A stretch of 64,000 bases of DNA from Octopus sinensis (GCF_006345805.1 NC_043013.1:57350001-57414000); one strand, 5' to 3'. Positions 12,953 to 24,971 are shown, counted from the stretch's first letter. Program-made: numbers and translations. The notes: generated by a model from the sequence alone, not told the origin.

Positions 12953-13797
12953 GTCCATGTATGTATATCTGTGTATCTTTGTATGTATGTATGTATACAC
13001 ACCTATGTATATGAATATGTGTATGTATGTATATATGTTTGTCTATGTTTAATCACCTGAAGCATCATACACTGGAGAGCTAAAACTTCACAGAGAGAGC
13101 CGTTAATCCCCCCCCCCGCCCGGGTGTTCAACACATTTGGCATTGGTACTTCTGTGAGGATGGAAATTACATTCATTTGGAAATATATTTCAAAGCAGTG
13201 AAACATGAACATTTACTAATAATCTACTATTCTCTGGAATTGATCTTGTCTCTACATTCTGCAGTGAGTTGCATTGTTGTATCCACCCATCACTCATGTT
13301 ACTTTTGAAGACACTGAATGAATTGATGGGACTGGAAATTAAACTCATTTAAAGGACATCAATAATTAAACATAGAACATCTTTTATAATTAGTTGGTTG
13401 CTTAAAAATATTGGTTTCTCAATGATAGACTTGTGAAAACGTAAATGTATTTCACAAAAGAAAACAAAAAAAACTTTGTAAAATACACGAACAGTGGGTA
13501 ATTCAGTTGTTTGACAGTTGGAAATTGTAATTTATTGATTGATGTGATCAAGTATCAATAAGAATAAAATATGATGAAAAAACAAGAAAGAGAAACCAAC
13601 CTCAACAAACAATTAGAAGAATAATATATTAAAAATTTCTTAAAAATTCAAAACTTGAAGTTAATGTTATTGAACTTGAGAGGCATTGAGGAGAAAGAGC
13701 AACACACCAAGACTTTGCATGGGTGTGTATGTGTGTATTTATATTAACATATATACACAGTCATGTTATGTATAGTTTTTTGACTGGATTACTGGTA

Positions 13798-15008
13798 TGA
13801 GGGGGGAGGAAAAAGTTCATAGGATGACCACGAAGGAGTGATGCTAAAGCAGTGTAATAACTGCAGTATGTCTTTCTGTTCAAAGAGGACTTCAAAAGTA
13901 ACTAGTTGCATCCTCTCTTGGAAATGGACAAAATTTGGCATCGTGATGTTATCAAGTACATGTAGAAAAAGGTTTTAGCCCGAAGGAATTTCATGCTGAC
14001 ATGTAGGAGATGATGTTCCAGCTTTATCAATAGTCCAAAAGTGAGCATCTGAATCTAGGAGGTGAAGGGAAAGCCTTGGAGATGATCCAATGTCTGGACG
14101 TCCTGCAACTGCCACCACCAGGGTAAACATCAATCAAATTCACCACATGGTAATGGATGACTAGTGATTGACTATAAATCAAACAGTCAGTGCTATTAGC
14201 ATATCTTGTGAGAGAGTTGAGAGTGAACTTGGCATGATTACAGTTTCAGCTTTGTGGGTGCCATGGCTTCTGACATCCAATCAAAAGCACACCAGTCTGA
14301 TCACATCAAGGCAAAATCTGACATTGCTTCAGGCAGATTCAGCTGCTTTCCTTGAACACTTCTTTAGCCAGGATGAATGCTGGGTTCATTTCTTTGACTC
14401 AGAGAGAAACAATTGATGCCATGCTTACACCCCTTGTCACCTACTCAAAAGAAGACTGTGATAGTTTTATCTGCAGGGGAGATGATAGCCTCCGTTTTTT
14501 GGGATACAAAAGGCATTGTGTTTATGGACCATCTTCAAAAGAGCAACACCATCAATGGAGAGTACTCTGCTAACTTGTTGAGGTAGTTATGAAAGGCTTT
14601 CAAGTCCAAACACCCGGGAAAACTGGCGAAAAGTGTTTTGTTTCATCTGGACAATGCTACAGCACACAAGTCCTTGGTTTCAATGGCTACTGTGTGTGAC
14701 TGTGGCTTTGAACTGATTGATCAACCTGCCTTTTCTCCCGATTTTGATCCATCTGACTATCATCTGTTCTCCAACATGAAAAGCACTCAGCCAGGAACCA
14801 GCATCACAGCGATGATGACATTATACTTGCTGTTGATGACTTGTTTGAGCAACAAGATGAGAGCTTCTTCACCAATGGAATCTAAGCACTGCAACACCGA
14901 TGGAAAAACAGGTGGACAGCAACGATGACTATGTTATAAAATAAACCTCATTTGGTCACTTCCATGAAAGAATCTTAGTCAGCCTATGAACTTTTCAGCT
15001 GACCCTTG
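13798..15008 (+). mobile_element. Decayed mariner (DD34D) transposon, ~1211 bp, with TIRs and TA target duplication
   Basis: TA at 13796-97 and 15009-10. Both TIRs share AAAAGTTCATAGG.TGAC. Broken transposase frames contain WVPWLLT (WVPH/R), DECWVH, HLDNATAH and FSPDFDPSDYHLF (YSPDLAPSD). Confidence 0.92.
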
Positions 15009-15508
15009 TACATTTCTGAAGGTAGTAGGCACCAGATGCTCAAATTTCTAATTCCATTCTGCTAAAACTATGTTGGCCAACGCCTGCATAATCCAAAAAT
15101 AAAAATGTTTGGTTTTAAAACAATGCCTCAATATGTTATTCCTGTAACACATATTAGCACAGAGAAGCAAGCCTTTAAATCAAACTTATTTAGTGAGCAG
15201 CACTCAATGAAGGGTTATTGTGCATTTCTCCATAAATGCTTTTAGGTCTCATTTTTTTTAGATAGGCATGGGTGTTTTATGACTGGGAAAACTTTCGAAT
15301 GCTTGCACTTTTAGTTTCTTCTGCAATTATTGGCATAGCATAGGTTTTGATTGACTGCCCTGTGTAATCACCAAATTGATCTTTCTCTTCATTTAATACA
15401 ACACACTTTTGACTGCAACAAACATATCAAGAGAAAGTGGTTAATCTGTGGGGTTCACATCTCGCATTTCATCAGTGTCTAAAACCAGAAAATAGAAAAT
15501 ATCTTCTA

Positions 15509-15670
15509 GGCCAATAGGCATGGCTGTGTGGTAAAATGTTTGCTTCCTAACCACATATTTCTGTGTTCAGTCTCACTGCATGGCACCTTGGGCAAATGTC
15601 TTCTACTATAGCCTTGGGCCATACAAACCTTTGTGAGAGGAGTCTGTAAATAGAAACTGAAAGAAGCCAG

Positions 15671-15672
<2 letters not shown>
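15509..15672 (+). mobile_element. 5' part of SINE family A ending in (TA)n
   Basis: ggcatggctgtgtggtaaaatgtttgc...ggcaaatgtcttctactatagcc...gaaactgaaagaagcc. Confidence 0.8.
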
Positions 15673-15716
<44 letters not shown>

Positions 15717-15741
15717 ATATATATATGTATATGTATATATG

Positions 15742-15775
<34 letters not shown>

Positions 15776-15951
15776 GATAAGAAAGTTTGTTTGGTAAAGC
15801 ACGTGGGTGAATATATAAGAAAATAGTAAAGTGTGAAAAAACGACAGAAGGCTTAAATGTTAAAAAATATATAATATTTGTGTCAAAATGTCTGGAGAAT
15901 ATTGGAAAAATTTTTTTCCTTTCCTTAAAATGACATATTTTAAAATTTTTA

Positions 15952-15990
15952 AAGAAATTACCGGTTTCGCGTGTAGCTTTTCAAATTCTT
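15952..15990 (-). ncRNA. Minimal hammerhead-like motif, U3:A8 core (left arm copy)
   Basis: AAGAAU UUGAAAA GC UACAC GC GAAA CCGG UA AUUUCUU. Confidence 0.55.
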
Positions 15991-16138
15991 GTGACGTTAT
16001 GTTTATATTGTATGGATTATCGGTGTTTTTATTTCCAGGAGATTTCTAAATAAGGGGAGGTAGTGAGTGATTTTTTCCGGTGTAGGGGAGATAATCGCTT
16101 AAAAAATTTTTTCCCATTTCCTTGTTAATATCTCTGTG

Positions 16139-16576
16139 TCAGTATGTTCGGATGGTTGAGTCTGGTTTGTACTTTTCAATGAAGAATGTTTCCTTGTTCA
16201 GTCTCATTTGTGTTGATGATCCGAAAGCACATTGGTAAAATGGGAAGATTAAAAATTGTGGCAGTAGTTGCTTTGCGCATTTCTCGATGTGCTCACTAAA
16301 AGGTATCATTCTATATTCTGGGAATGCCATCTGTTGTCGATGCAGTGTGCATCTGCGCCTGAGTGATAGTCCCGTGGAACCCACGTAGTCTTGGTGGCAG
16401 CCCGAGCATTTAATAACATAAATTATGTTTTCAGAGGCACAAGTAAAGTTAGATTTGATCTTAAATTTCTGTCCCTCTTTAAAGAAGAATTCTGATCCTT
16501 CCAATAGGTTAGGACATGTTGCACAGTTCGATCTACCACATTTTTTAACTTTTGCATCCGTAATTTTAGAAGACAA
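16139..16576 (-). CDS. Penelope-like retroelement C-terminal GIY-YIG endonuclease with Zn-finger (5'-truncated fragment)
   Basis: KCGRSNCATC...FTCASENIIYVIKCSGCHQDYVGSTGLSLRRRCTLH...SEH...KETFFIEKYKP. This is the typical CxxC-containing PLE GIY-YIG (IY..C..C...YVG, R..H, E). Confidence 0.88.
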   Translation of the reverse strand: MSSKITDAKVKKCGRSNCATCPNLLEGSEFFFKEGQKFKIKSNFTCASENIIYVIKCSGCHQDYVGSTGLSLRRRCTLHRQQMAFPEYRMIPFSEHIEKCAKQLLPQFLIFPFYQCAFGSSTQMRLNKETFFIEKYKPDSTIRTY

Positions 16577-16621
16577 TTTTGCCTTTGTGAGGCAAAATTG
16601 TCTTCTAAAATTGTCTTCTAA

Positions 16622-16993
16622 AAGGATCAGAATTCTTCTTTAAAGAGGGACGAAATTAAGATCAAATCTAACTTTACTTGTGCCTCTGAAAACATAATTT
16701 ATGTTATTAAATGCTCGGGCTGCCACCAAGACTACGTGGGTTCCACGGGACTATCACTCAGGCGCAGATGCACACTGCATCGACAACAGATGCATTCCCA
16801 GAATATAGAATGATACCTTTAGTGAGCACATCGAGAAATGCGCAAAGCAACTACTGCCACAATTTTTAATCTTCCCATTTTACCAATGTGCTTTCGGATC
16901 ATCAACACAAATGAGACTGAACAAGGAAACATTCTTCATTGAAAAGTACAAACCCAGACTCAACCATCCGAACATACTGACACAGAGATATTA
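16622..16993 (+). pseudogene. Inverted second copy of the PLE endonuclease fragment, frameshifted by 1-bp indels
   Basis: Reverse complement of 16130-16500 with single-base losses. It retains the KPRLNHPNILTQRY* end that the left copy loses by frameshift. Confidence 0.85.
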
Positions 16994-17131
16994 ACAAGGA
17001 AATGGGAAAAAAAATTTTTTAAGCGATTATCTCCCCTACACCGGAAAAAATCACTCACTACCTCCCCTTATTTAGAAATCTCCTGGAAATAAAAACAACG
17101 ATAATTCCATACAATATAAACATAACGTCAC

Positions 17132-17171
17132 AAGAAATTTGAAAAGCTACACGCGAAACCGGTAATTTCTT
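17132..17171 (+). ncRNA. Minimal type I hammerhead-like motif with compensatory U3:A8 core
   Basis: AAGAAAU UUGAAAA GC UACAC GC GAAA CCGG UA AUUUCUU. 7-bp stem I, palindromic ACCGGU stem III, GUA site; ~140 bp downstream of the PLE endonuclease stop. Confidence 0.65.
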
Positions 17172-17305
17172 TAAAAATTTTAAAATTATGTCATTTTAAG
17201 GAAAGGAAAAAAATTTTCAATATTCTCCAGACATTTTGACACAAATATATATATTTTTTTAACATTTAAGCCTTCTGTCGTTTTTTCACACTTTACTATT
17301 TTCTT

Positions 17306-17345
17306 ATATATATATATATAATATATATATGTATATATATAATAT

Positions 17346-17403
<58 letters not shown>

Positions 17404-17432
17404 TATATATATATTGTGTATATATATATATG

Positions 17433-17508
<76 letters not shown>

Positions 17509-17509
17509 G

Positions 17510-17564
<55 letters not shown>

Positions 17565-17595
17565 TCATCATCATCATCATCGTTTAACGTCCGTT
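17306..17595. repeat. (TA)n/(TG) microsatellite followed by (ATC)n and a reversed RTE-type tail stub
   Basis: atcatcatc gtttaacgtccgtt matches the 3' end of the RTE element at 35241. Confidence 0.9.
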
Positions 17596-17779
17596 CTCTT
17601 ATCAGATAAGAGGAAAAAACTTTTGATAAGATAACAAATGCGCAACCGGTAAAAAGAACTTTCACCTAGTTAAATTACTTAAATTACTTAAATTATTTTG
17701 TCAGCATTTTCTTCATTTCCTTTTTTATATATCACAACTCGTGTTCCACATCTCCTTTTTTAAATATATATATATATAA

Positions 17780-18430
17780 TAATAATAAGGGTAAATAATT
17801 TTTTCGATGGTTTTTCAGACAACCAACAATTGTTTACCGGTAGATTTCGGTATGTAAATATGACCTTTAGCGTCGGGAACTGTTGCCTGCCCTTTTACTT
17901 ATATACTATATATACTGAACTCCACAGAAGTTCCGGACGCTAAAGGTCATATTTACATACCGAAATCTACCGGTAAATAATTGTTGGTTGTCTGAAAAAC
18001 CATCGAAAAAATTATTTACCCTTATTATTATATTACTAATTGGATTTCTTACTCCATTACGACTATCCCGGTGGTGTGCATGGCAGAATTTTGGAGGGAA
18101 AATTTACAGATTCAATCGTCTACTTAGTTTTAGCCTATGCTCACCTTCCCCCCACTATTTGATGACGCCTGGTCAAAGGTGGAGGCTGGTGGCATTTGAT
18201 AAATCTAACGAAGATGGTGCTGAAGAAAGACTTTAGGCAATTTCTCGCCTACGATCTAGAAACATGTTCACCATTAATGGTAAGGCATTGTTTTCGTTTA
18301 TTTACTCCTCCTATTTTGCGTATGTGAATTGCAGGGTTATGTCGTATATGGAGCCCCCACTTGTAGAAAATGGAAATAAACAGTCTCTGACTGGTATTTC
18401 TAATTCTTTTGTTGCCTGCCCTTTTACTTA
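17780..18430 (+). mobile_element. Short non-coding hammerhead-bearing element: 102-bp 5' inverted duplication plus 21-bp direct terminal repeat
   Basis: Inverted repeat 17780-17881 / 17929-18030 with 2 mismatches. tgttgcctgcccttttactta occurs at 17881-17901 and 18410-18430. Hammerhead at 18214-18274. Confidence 0.7.
18214..18274 (+). ncRNA. Type I hammerhead ribozyme-like motif, near canonical
   Basis: AUGGUG CUGAAGA AAGA-CUU-UAGGC..GCCUA-CGA-UCUA GAAA C AU G U U CACCAU. 6-bp stem I, palindromic ACAUGU stem III; the first stem II pair is an A.A mismatch. Confidence 0.7.
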
Positions 18431-18563
18431 CGTTAGGAAGGGCATCTAGCCATAGAAAAACTGCCAGATCAGACTGGGCCTGATGCTGCCTTCTGGCTTC
18501 ACAGACCCCAGTTGAACCGTCCAACCCATGCTAGCATGGAAAGCAGACGCTAAATGATGATGA
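18431..18563 (+). mobile_element. 5'-truncated RTE-tail element (LINE 3' UTR or derived SINE)
   Basis: cgttaggaagggcatc...aacccatgctagcatggaaagcagacgctaaatgatgatgat, homologous to 35241-35380 (minus strand). Confidence 0.8.
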
Positions 18564-18569
18564 TATATA

Positions 18570-18624
<55 letters not shown>

Positions 18625-18626
<2 letters not shown>

Positions 18627-19048
18627 TGCAGGAGTGGCTGTGTGGTAAGTAGGTTGCTAACCAACCACGTGGTTCCGGGTTCAGTCCCACTGCGTGGCAT
18701 CTTGGGCAAGTGTCTTTTGCTATAGCCCCGGGCCGACCAATGCCTTGTGAGTGGATTTGGTAGACGGAGTCTGAAAGAAGCCTGTCGTATATATGTATAT
18801 ATATATGTGTGTGTGTGTGTGGGGCGGTTTGTGTGTTTGTGTTTGTCCCCCTAGTATTGCTTGACAACCGATGCTGGTGTGTTTACGTCCCCGTCACTTA
18901 GCGGTTCGGCAAAAAGAGACCGATAGAATAAGTACTGGGCTTACAAAAAGAATAAGTCCCGGGGTCGATTTGATCGACTAAAGGCGGTGCTCCAGCATGG
19001 CCGCAGTCAAATGACTGAAACAAGTAAAAGAGTAAAAGAGTAAAGAGA
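18625..19048 (+). mobile_element. tRNA-derived SINE family A, full length
   Basis: ggtgcaggagtggctgtgtggtaagtagg...ccgggttcagtccc head and the same body and tail as 10107 and 42537; embedded in (TA)n. Confidence 0.92.
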
Positions 19049-19085
<37 letters not shown>

Positions 19086-19594
19086 CATTACAGATATAGG
19101 TGGAAATATAATCAATTTAATAAAATCAACAAATTTCACCAAGCAGTATTTCGGTATGGAAAAGGACCATATTCGGTAAAATTACATCTAATTATAACAA
19201 TGAGGGTCTATGCAACGAGTTGCTAGACCACATACCGAAAGTATTAGAAATAGCAGCCAGAGGACTGTTATTTCTTTTACTACAGAAATATGTCCCCATC
19301 GACAACAGTATTTGTAACTCATTATATGGCAAAAAAACGAAGAAAAATAATGAAATCAAACAGTCCACGGTCAATTATGGATGCATACGTTTCTGGATTA
19401 GAATCAAAAATTCATTTCCTTCATCAACATAATATTCCTATAAATAAATCTAGAAATGCTAGGAAATCTTACCCTCCATATTTCCGACCAGGCGACATCG
19501 GGGCATACAGAAGCTAATCAGCATTTCCACATTTATATAGACGAGTGAATTCATATCTCCCTCCAGAATTTTCAAATTATCTACTATAATTAGA

Positions 19595-19650
<56 letters not shown>

Positions 19651-19661
19651 TATATATATAT

Positions 19662-19702
<41 letters not shown>

Positions 19703-20379
19703 GTGGTGAGTCTTTGTGTCTTTGTCTCTCACCACTTTTTGACAACTGGTGTTGGTGTGTTTACATCCCTGAAATTTAGTAGTTTGGCAAAAGAGGAAAA
19801 CAGAATAAAGACCCAGGCTTTAACACCTGAAACAAATGAAAGATAAAAAAATAGATACGAATTAGTGTGGTTCATTGTCTCTGGTGTCCTATTTTGGTAC
19901 AAAACCAAATTTGAATTTTATGGAAGAAAAGCAGCAGAATCAAGAATAATAATGGTCTGTGTAGGTAAATAGTAAAATATAAAGTGCACAATGTGTAATT
20001 AAATATTTTGTCATGAGAATGAGTGAGGAATTCCAGTGTCTTTTGGTAGAAATGCTTGTCAGAGAGTGAAGAAAGGCTATTCAACGTTTCTAGTAAATAT
20101 TTCATCTCCCCCAATGAACAGCTTGGCATGAAGTGTTTGTTTTCTCTTCTTCATAAAAAAGAAAAAAGATACATATTTCATTAATAACTTTTATCCAATC
20201 TCCTCCAGCACTGAGCTAAATTTTTTCAAATTATCTACTAAATTCATGCAGGATTTAAAAAAAATTCTTTTTAAGCTGCTGAAGAGATACTGGAAGCATA
20301 CGATTAAATGTGGTTTCTATACTTTCAACAAGTAGGATATCATGAATCGTGCTAACCTTATTATCATCATACATAATTT

Positions 20380-20630
20380 CATATATATATATATATATTT
20401 ATTTATTATTATTATCATTATTATTATATATTTATTTATATACCTGTAGCCTTATACATATATATGTATATGTGGGCATATATATTATATATATTATATA
20501 TATATATATATAAATATAAATACATATTTATATATGCATATATATGTGTATATAATACATACACATATAGACACATACACATATATATGTGTGTATATAT
20601 ATATACATATACACACATATATATACATAC

Positions 20631-20673
<43 letters not shown>

Positions 20674-20716
20674 TAGATAGATAGATATATATACATACAC
20701 ACACACACACACACAG

Positions 20717-20757
<41 letters not shown>

Positions 20758-20799
20758 GTATACATGTATATATATTTATTCTGTCTGGGGAATGAAATG

Positions 20800-20840
<41 letters not shown>

Positions 20841-20900
20841 ATACATATGTCTAGATATGTAAAAACACACATGCATACACATACACACGTATGCACACAC
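20380..20900. repeat. Long compound (TA)/(CA)/(GATA) microsatellite field
   Basis: Directly visible; source of many spurious YIYI ORFs. Confidence 0.95.
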
Positions 20901-22489
20901 ACAGACACATATCTATATATGATTTTATGTTTTCTTATTTTCTCTTCTCTGATTTCCCACCTAAGTTCTTTCTCTTGAGCCATTATAATCCTTAATCATT
21001 TCTATCTTCCTTGGTTGACTTATGTCAGATTTAATAACTTTTTCCCATGATAATCTTGATTTTCATTTATTTCAATATTCATCGACTGTCATATGCATGC
21101 CAGTCAGTTTGAATCATTTATCTTAATCAGCAGTTCCTATCATCTTCATCTCAGTTTATTTTCTGAAATTTATTGCTCCAGAAACTAATAAACACCAAAG
21201 AGAGAAGATTTTTGTTATTGAGGACCCGTAAATATATATTGTAAGAAACATCAACTTTGGAAACTATCTTCGTATTCATGACAGAAAATTTCTGTTTATT
21301 TTGCAACGATGTCAGAAGTTCCTCATATATGTTATGATATGGATATCATAGCTTGGAGTTGAATCTTGGTAGAATCAGCAAAATGCCAGAATCCCTTTTG
21401 GCATTCAACAGATGTTAACCACATTTACCTTCGTATAAAGATTTCCCTGGGGTAACACTATTACAAAACTGAAATTCAAATAATATTATTCTACTTTGAA
21501 TATCAGTATCATTTTAAAGGGTTTTCGGCAATGCTTCTTCTAAAAACCAGTCTGAGTAATAAAGCCCTTCATTAAAATAATTCCAGCTGAAGTAGGCCCA
21601 GTGGACTGCACCAGTTTGCCTTACTGCTTCATTAAATGTTGAATCTATTCAATATTGATAACATTTATCTATGAACTCTGAAGGAATCTTGGTTATTAAA
21701 TGCAATTACATCTACCAAGTTGTTGTTGTTGTTGCTGTGCTTTCATCTAAATCAGCTCTGATCAAGGAGACCTTTAATTAAAGGCTTTGTAGCTGCCTTT
21801 TTAGAAGGATGGAGGAGGATGTTATTTAAGAAGGTAAGGTGTGATTTAAAGAAGATTCAGGTATTTCTAGCAGGTTAGGTAATTCTACAGAAGCAATCAC
21901 ATTAACATGTAATATACTCTAATTATTAACACAAGTAATTAGGAGAAGAAATAACTTAGGTGGGATGCTGTTAAATTTAGTGCTAGGAAGGAATACAACT
22001 GATGCCTGTTCCATAATGAAAGAAGTCCAAGAGAATATATTAAATTTCACCTCTTTTTTGCTGTCACTGACTTAAGGAGGGTTTTTATCATGATCGCACA
22101 CTTTGTTGACTGATGGAACATAGCCTGAATGGAACATAGACATTAAATGATGATGAAGTTCTGTTGCGTGGTGTGTGGATGTTGAACAAGCCATTTTGTT
22201 TATATAGATAAAAACACAACTGAGTAGGACAAGGAGGAAGGCTTTAATCTGGCTTAATCCATTACACAGCTGAAAAGCCATTATGAATATAGCCAGAGAT
22301 TTCCACATTCAAATAACACATTATTTCCCAGCCACATTCAAATCACAGAAGCCCTTTGACTCAACGTAATGTTGAGGTCAGCTATTCTTTTATGAACAAA
22401 TTATTTCCCCATACATAATACCACAGTTGCAAAAGTAGCTCCACATCTGTACTACATCGGTCAATCGATCAATAATAGTACTTGCTGAA

Positions 22490-22860
22490 ATCTGTTTGCT
22501 TGCCTGCTCATGCAATTCTCTCTAAAGAAATCATATACAAGGCAACCACAATAACCCAAAGCAACTGTAAGCGCTTTCAACATTCACTTCTGTCAACATT
22601 TCTACATCTTTAGATCAATTAACAGAAACAAAAAATCCATGTCCCTGTCACATTTCCTCTGAAAATTATTCAAGGACTAGAGAAGGACATACCTTTTCAA
22701 TAGTAATGAATATTTTTGATAAGGTTGGACCTTTAATTTTATCTGCCACGAATACTGTGCAATTTGTCTAACTGAAAAATTTCAGATCCTGAAAACTACC
22801 TTTGACATTTCTTAAGCTGAGATCTGAAGAATAATCTCATTGTCATGAGTGGCAGAAATT
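22490..22860 (+). pseudogene. Decayed Penelope-like GIY-YIG endonuclease of a second PLE family
   Basis: Frame-hopping gives EIIYKAT, H..IFR....SMSLSHFL*KL, YCAICLTEKFQIL and LKLRSEE*SHCH. These match the PLE pattern IYKAT...LS..W.LK...C.LCL.EK..I...LN.RSE..S.CRH. Confidence 0.6.
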
Positions 22861-23813
22861 CTTGGAATATCTATGATGCCTAATCATCACAAAAATTTAA
22901 CTGTAATTGATTCTAATCATCACTGGATAAATATTTCCCATGTGATCTTTAACCTTAGGTATTATTGTCTTCTACCTCACAATAACACTGGAACAATAAT
23001 CTACAGCATATCCAACGCCAACCATAGGATTACCATTAATCAATCAGGACTTATCTTACAACTTTCCTGTGGAAATTATAACTTGTGTCACCTTTTTACA
23101 TTCCTGTGCATTATCATTTGAAAGGTCGCATGTATTTGTCTTGTGTTTTTGATTGGGGGAAACTCTGAGGAACAACGGAGGTAAATTACTGGTTATTTTC
23201 CAATTTACATACATGTGCATGTGGGTGTACACACACACACATAGACAACATGTACTGACTCATACACATGCGAAATGTACACACACTGACTTACAGTCTT
23301 ATGAGTCTGTATAAGAGCCTTAATATTTTCAGGTCATATTCACCATATTGGATACAGATCTGTCAACAAATGTTACAGCATATCAATCTGAAGAGATCAA
23401 TAAAAATCAGGATCAATTATTAGCTTGAATATAAAATAACACACACAAATAAAAAAAAAAAACTAAATATAATCTTGCTTGATTGTTAATCCTGTAGCAA
23501 TCTGAGGAGTTGCTTCCCCTTCTTCACTTCAAGATAGGAATCATTATGTCCTGGATCTGTTCTGTTGCGAGATTTAAGAACTCTTTGCGATATTCTGTTA
23601 TTCTATTTTATTCTCTGTCATTAATCAAATTAGACATGTCTAATGGATATCATTGACCTAAGTGGCCAGTTAATGCTTTATTTGTTGACCTGATATCCAA
23701 AGTCAGCATTATCTGCACTTTGGGGCTTCTCATGCTGAAGGATTCCATTTGATTATTGTTCAAATTTTTGATTTACTGTGTATATGCTGAGCATATACAT
23801 ACACACACACACA

Positions 23814-23849
<36 letters not shown>

Positions 23850-24971
23850 CATATATACATATATAATGACAGAGCTTGTTTAGCTGAAGGACTTTGGAGC
23901 AAGTTCTCAAAATATTCATTTCTAGAGAGGAGTGCTTGGGTTGGTTGTATTTCAAGTGCGGGATTAGATTTTAGTAGTTTCATTCGACCACATTACTTCC
24001 TTGAGGGTATCTTTTCTCTTACATTTTAAGGGGTCCTGAGAAATGCGTTAAGAATCTAAAGAATTTGCAGATTATGCAGAAATGTTATGTTGTGTGTTAT
24101 AAGGAATTGTAAAGCCAGCACAGAAATATTTTACTTTCTTAGAATAAGAGAGAAATGATTCAAGATACTGCTTGATGGTACTCTAAAAGGATAGCATAGA
24201 ATATATTCAATGTACATGGATACATAATGGTGCTTTTGATAAAGCTAAGTTTTGCAGAAAACGGTTCTGTTTGAAGGAGCAAATGCTTCTCTTTACCACT
24301 TGCACTATTTCACTGATCTTCATTGATCACAACATTCAACCCATAACTTATAAAACTTGGCTTTTCCGACTGATACTTGGATGCGTTTAGGGGTGTGCAT
24401 ATGCATGTGTGTATACGGCTGGAGTAGTGAGGTGGGAAATTTTAATCAGTGGACATGCTGCATGTGCATTTGTTATGATGAATGTCACACGTAGCATCAA
24501 CCCTCCACTGAGAATCACTCATACAAATACAGTATATGTTATATATATGTGTGTGTGTGCGTGTGCATGTATACACACACACACACACATATATATATAT
24601 GTATGCATGCATGTACATAATTATATATACACACACTACATACTACCAGCTAGTATAAGTATGGATTCTACTTCACACCTCTATTACAGAGTGATGTGGC
24701 AATGTCACCGAGATTAAAATATTTCCAACTCCTTTTGCTCCCCCCCTTGTCCAGCCCACTGCCAAATTCTTACTCCATTTACTTTCTAATTCCCCTTAGG
24801 GCCTTCCTATATCCAAACTTTCTATAACAATATTTTATTATTTGGTGCTAAATGCTCGAAATACGAGACTGAAAAAACAGCCAACAACTGATGAAGGGTC
24901 GTTCTTTATGTTGTTTGTTTTGTTTTCCATTTGTGTCTTTCGTTGTTCGAAAGAATAGTTAATGTTTATAA

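Larger units (their letters stand above)
15811..17311. mobile_element. Head-to-head fold-back pair of 5'-truncated Penelope-like element 3' ends
   Basis: Arms ~15811-16500 and ~16622-17311 are near-identical reverse complements. A 22-bp perfect hairpin (16562-16612) lies at the centre, and (TA)n flanks both sides. Confidence 0.93.

Noticed and set aside
17929-17975. Hammerhead in the 102-bp inverted arms (GGU..ACC GAAA)
   Set aside because: No CUGANGA-like core at the right spacing.
23295-23387. 93-bp minus-strand exon candidate with strong splice signals
   Set aside because: Stops in all three frames; the shorter alternative acceptor is not phase-compatible with the other candidates.
24880-24910. 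CUGAUGAAGGG motif
   Set aside because: No GAAA or stem II partner follows.
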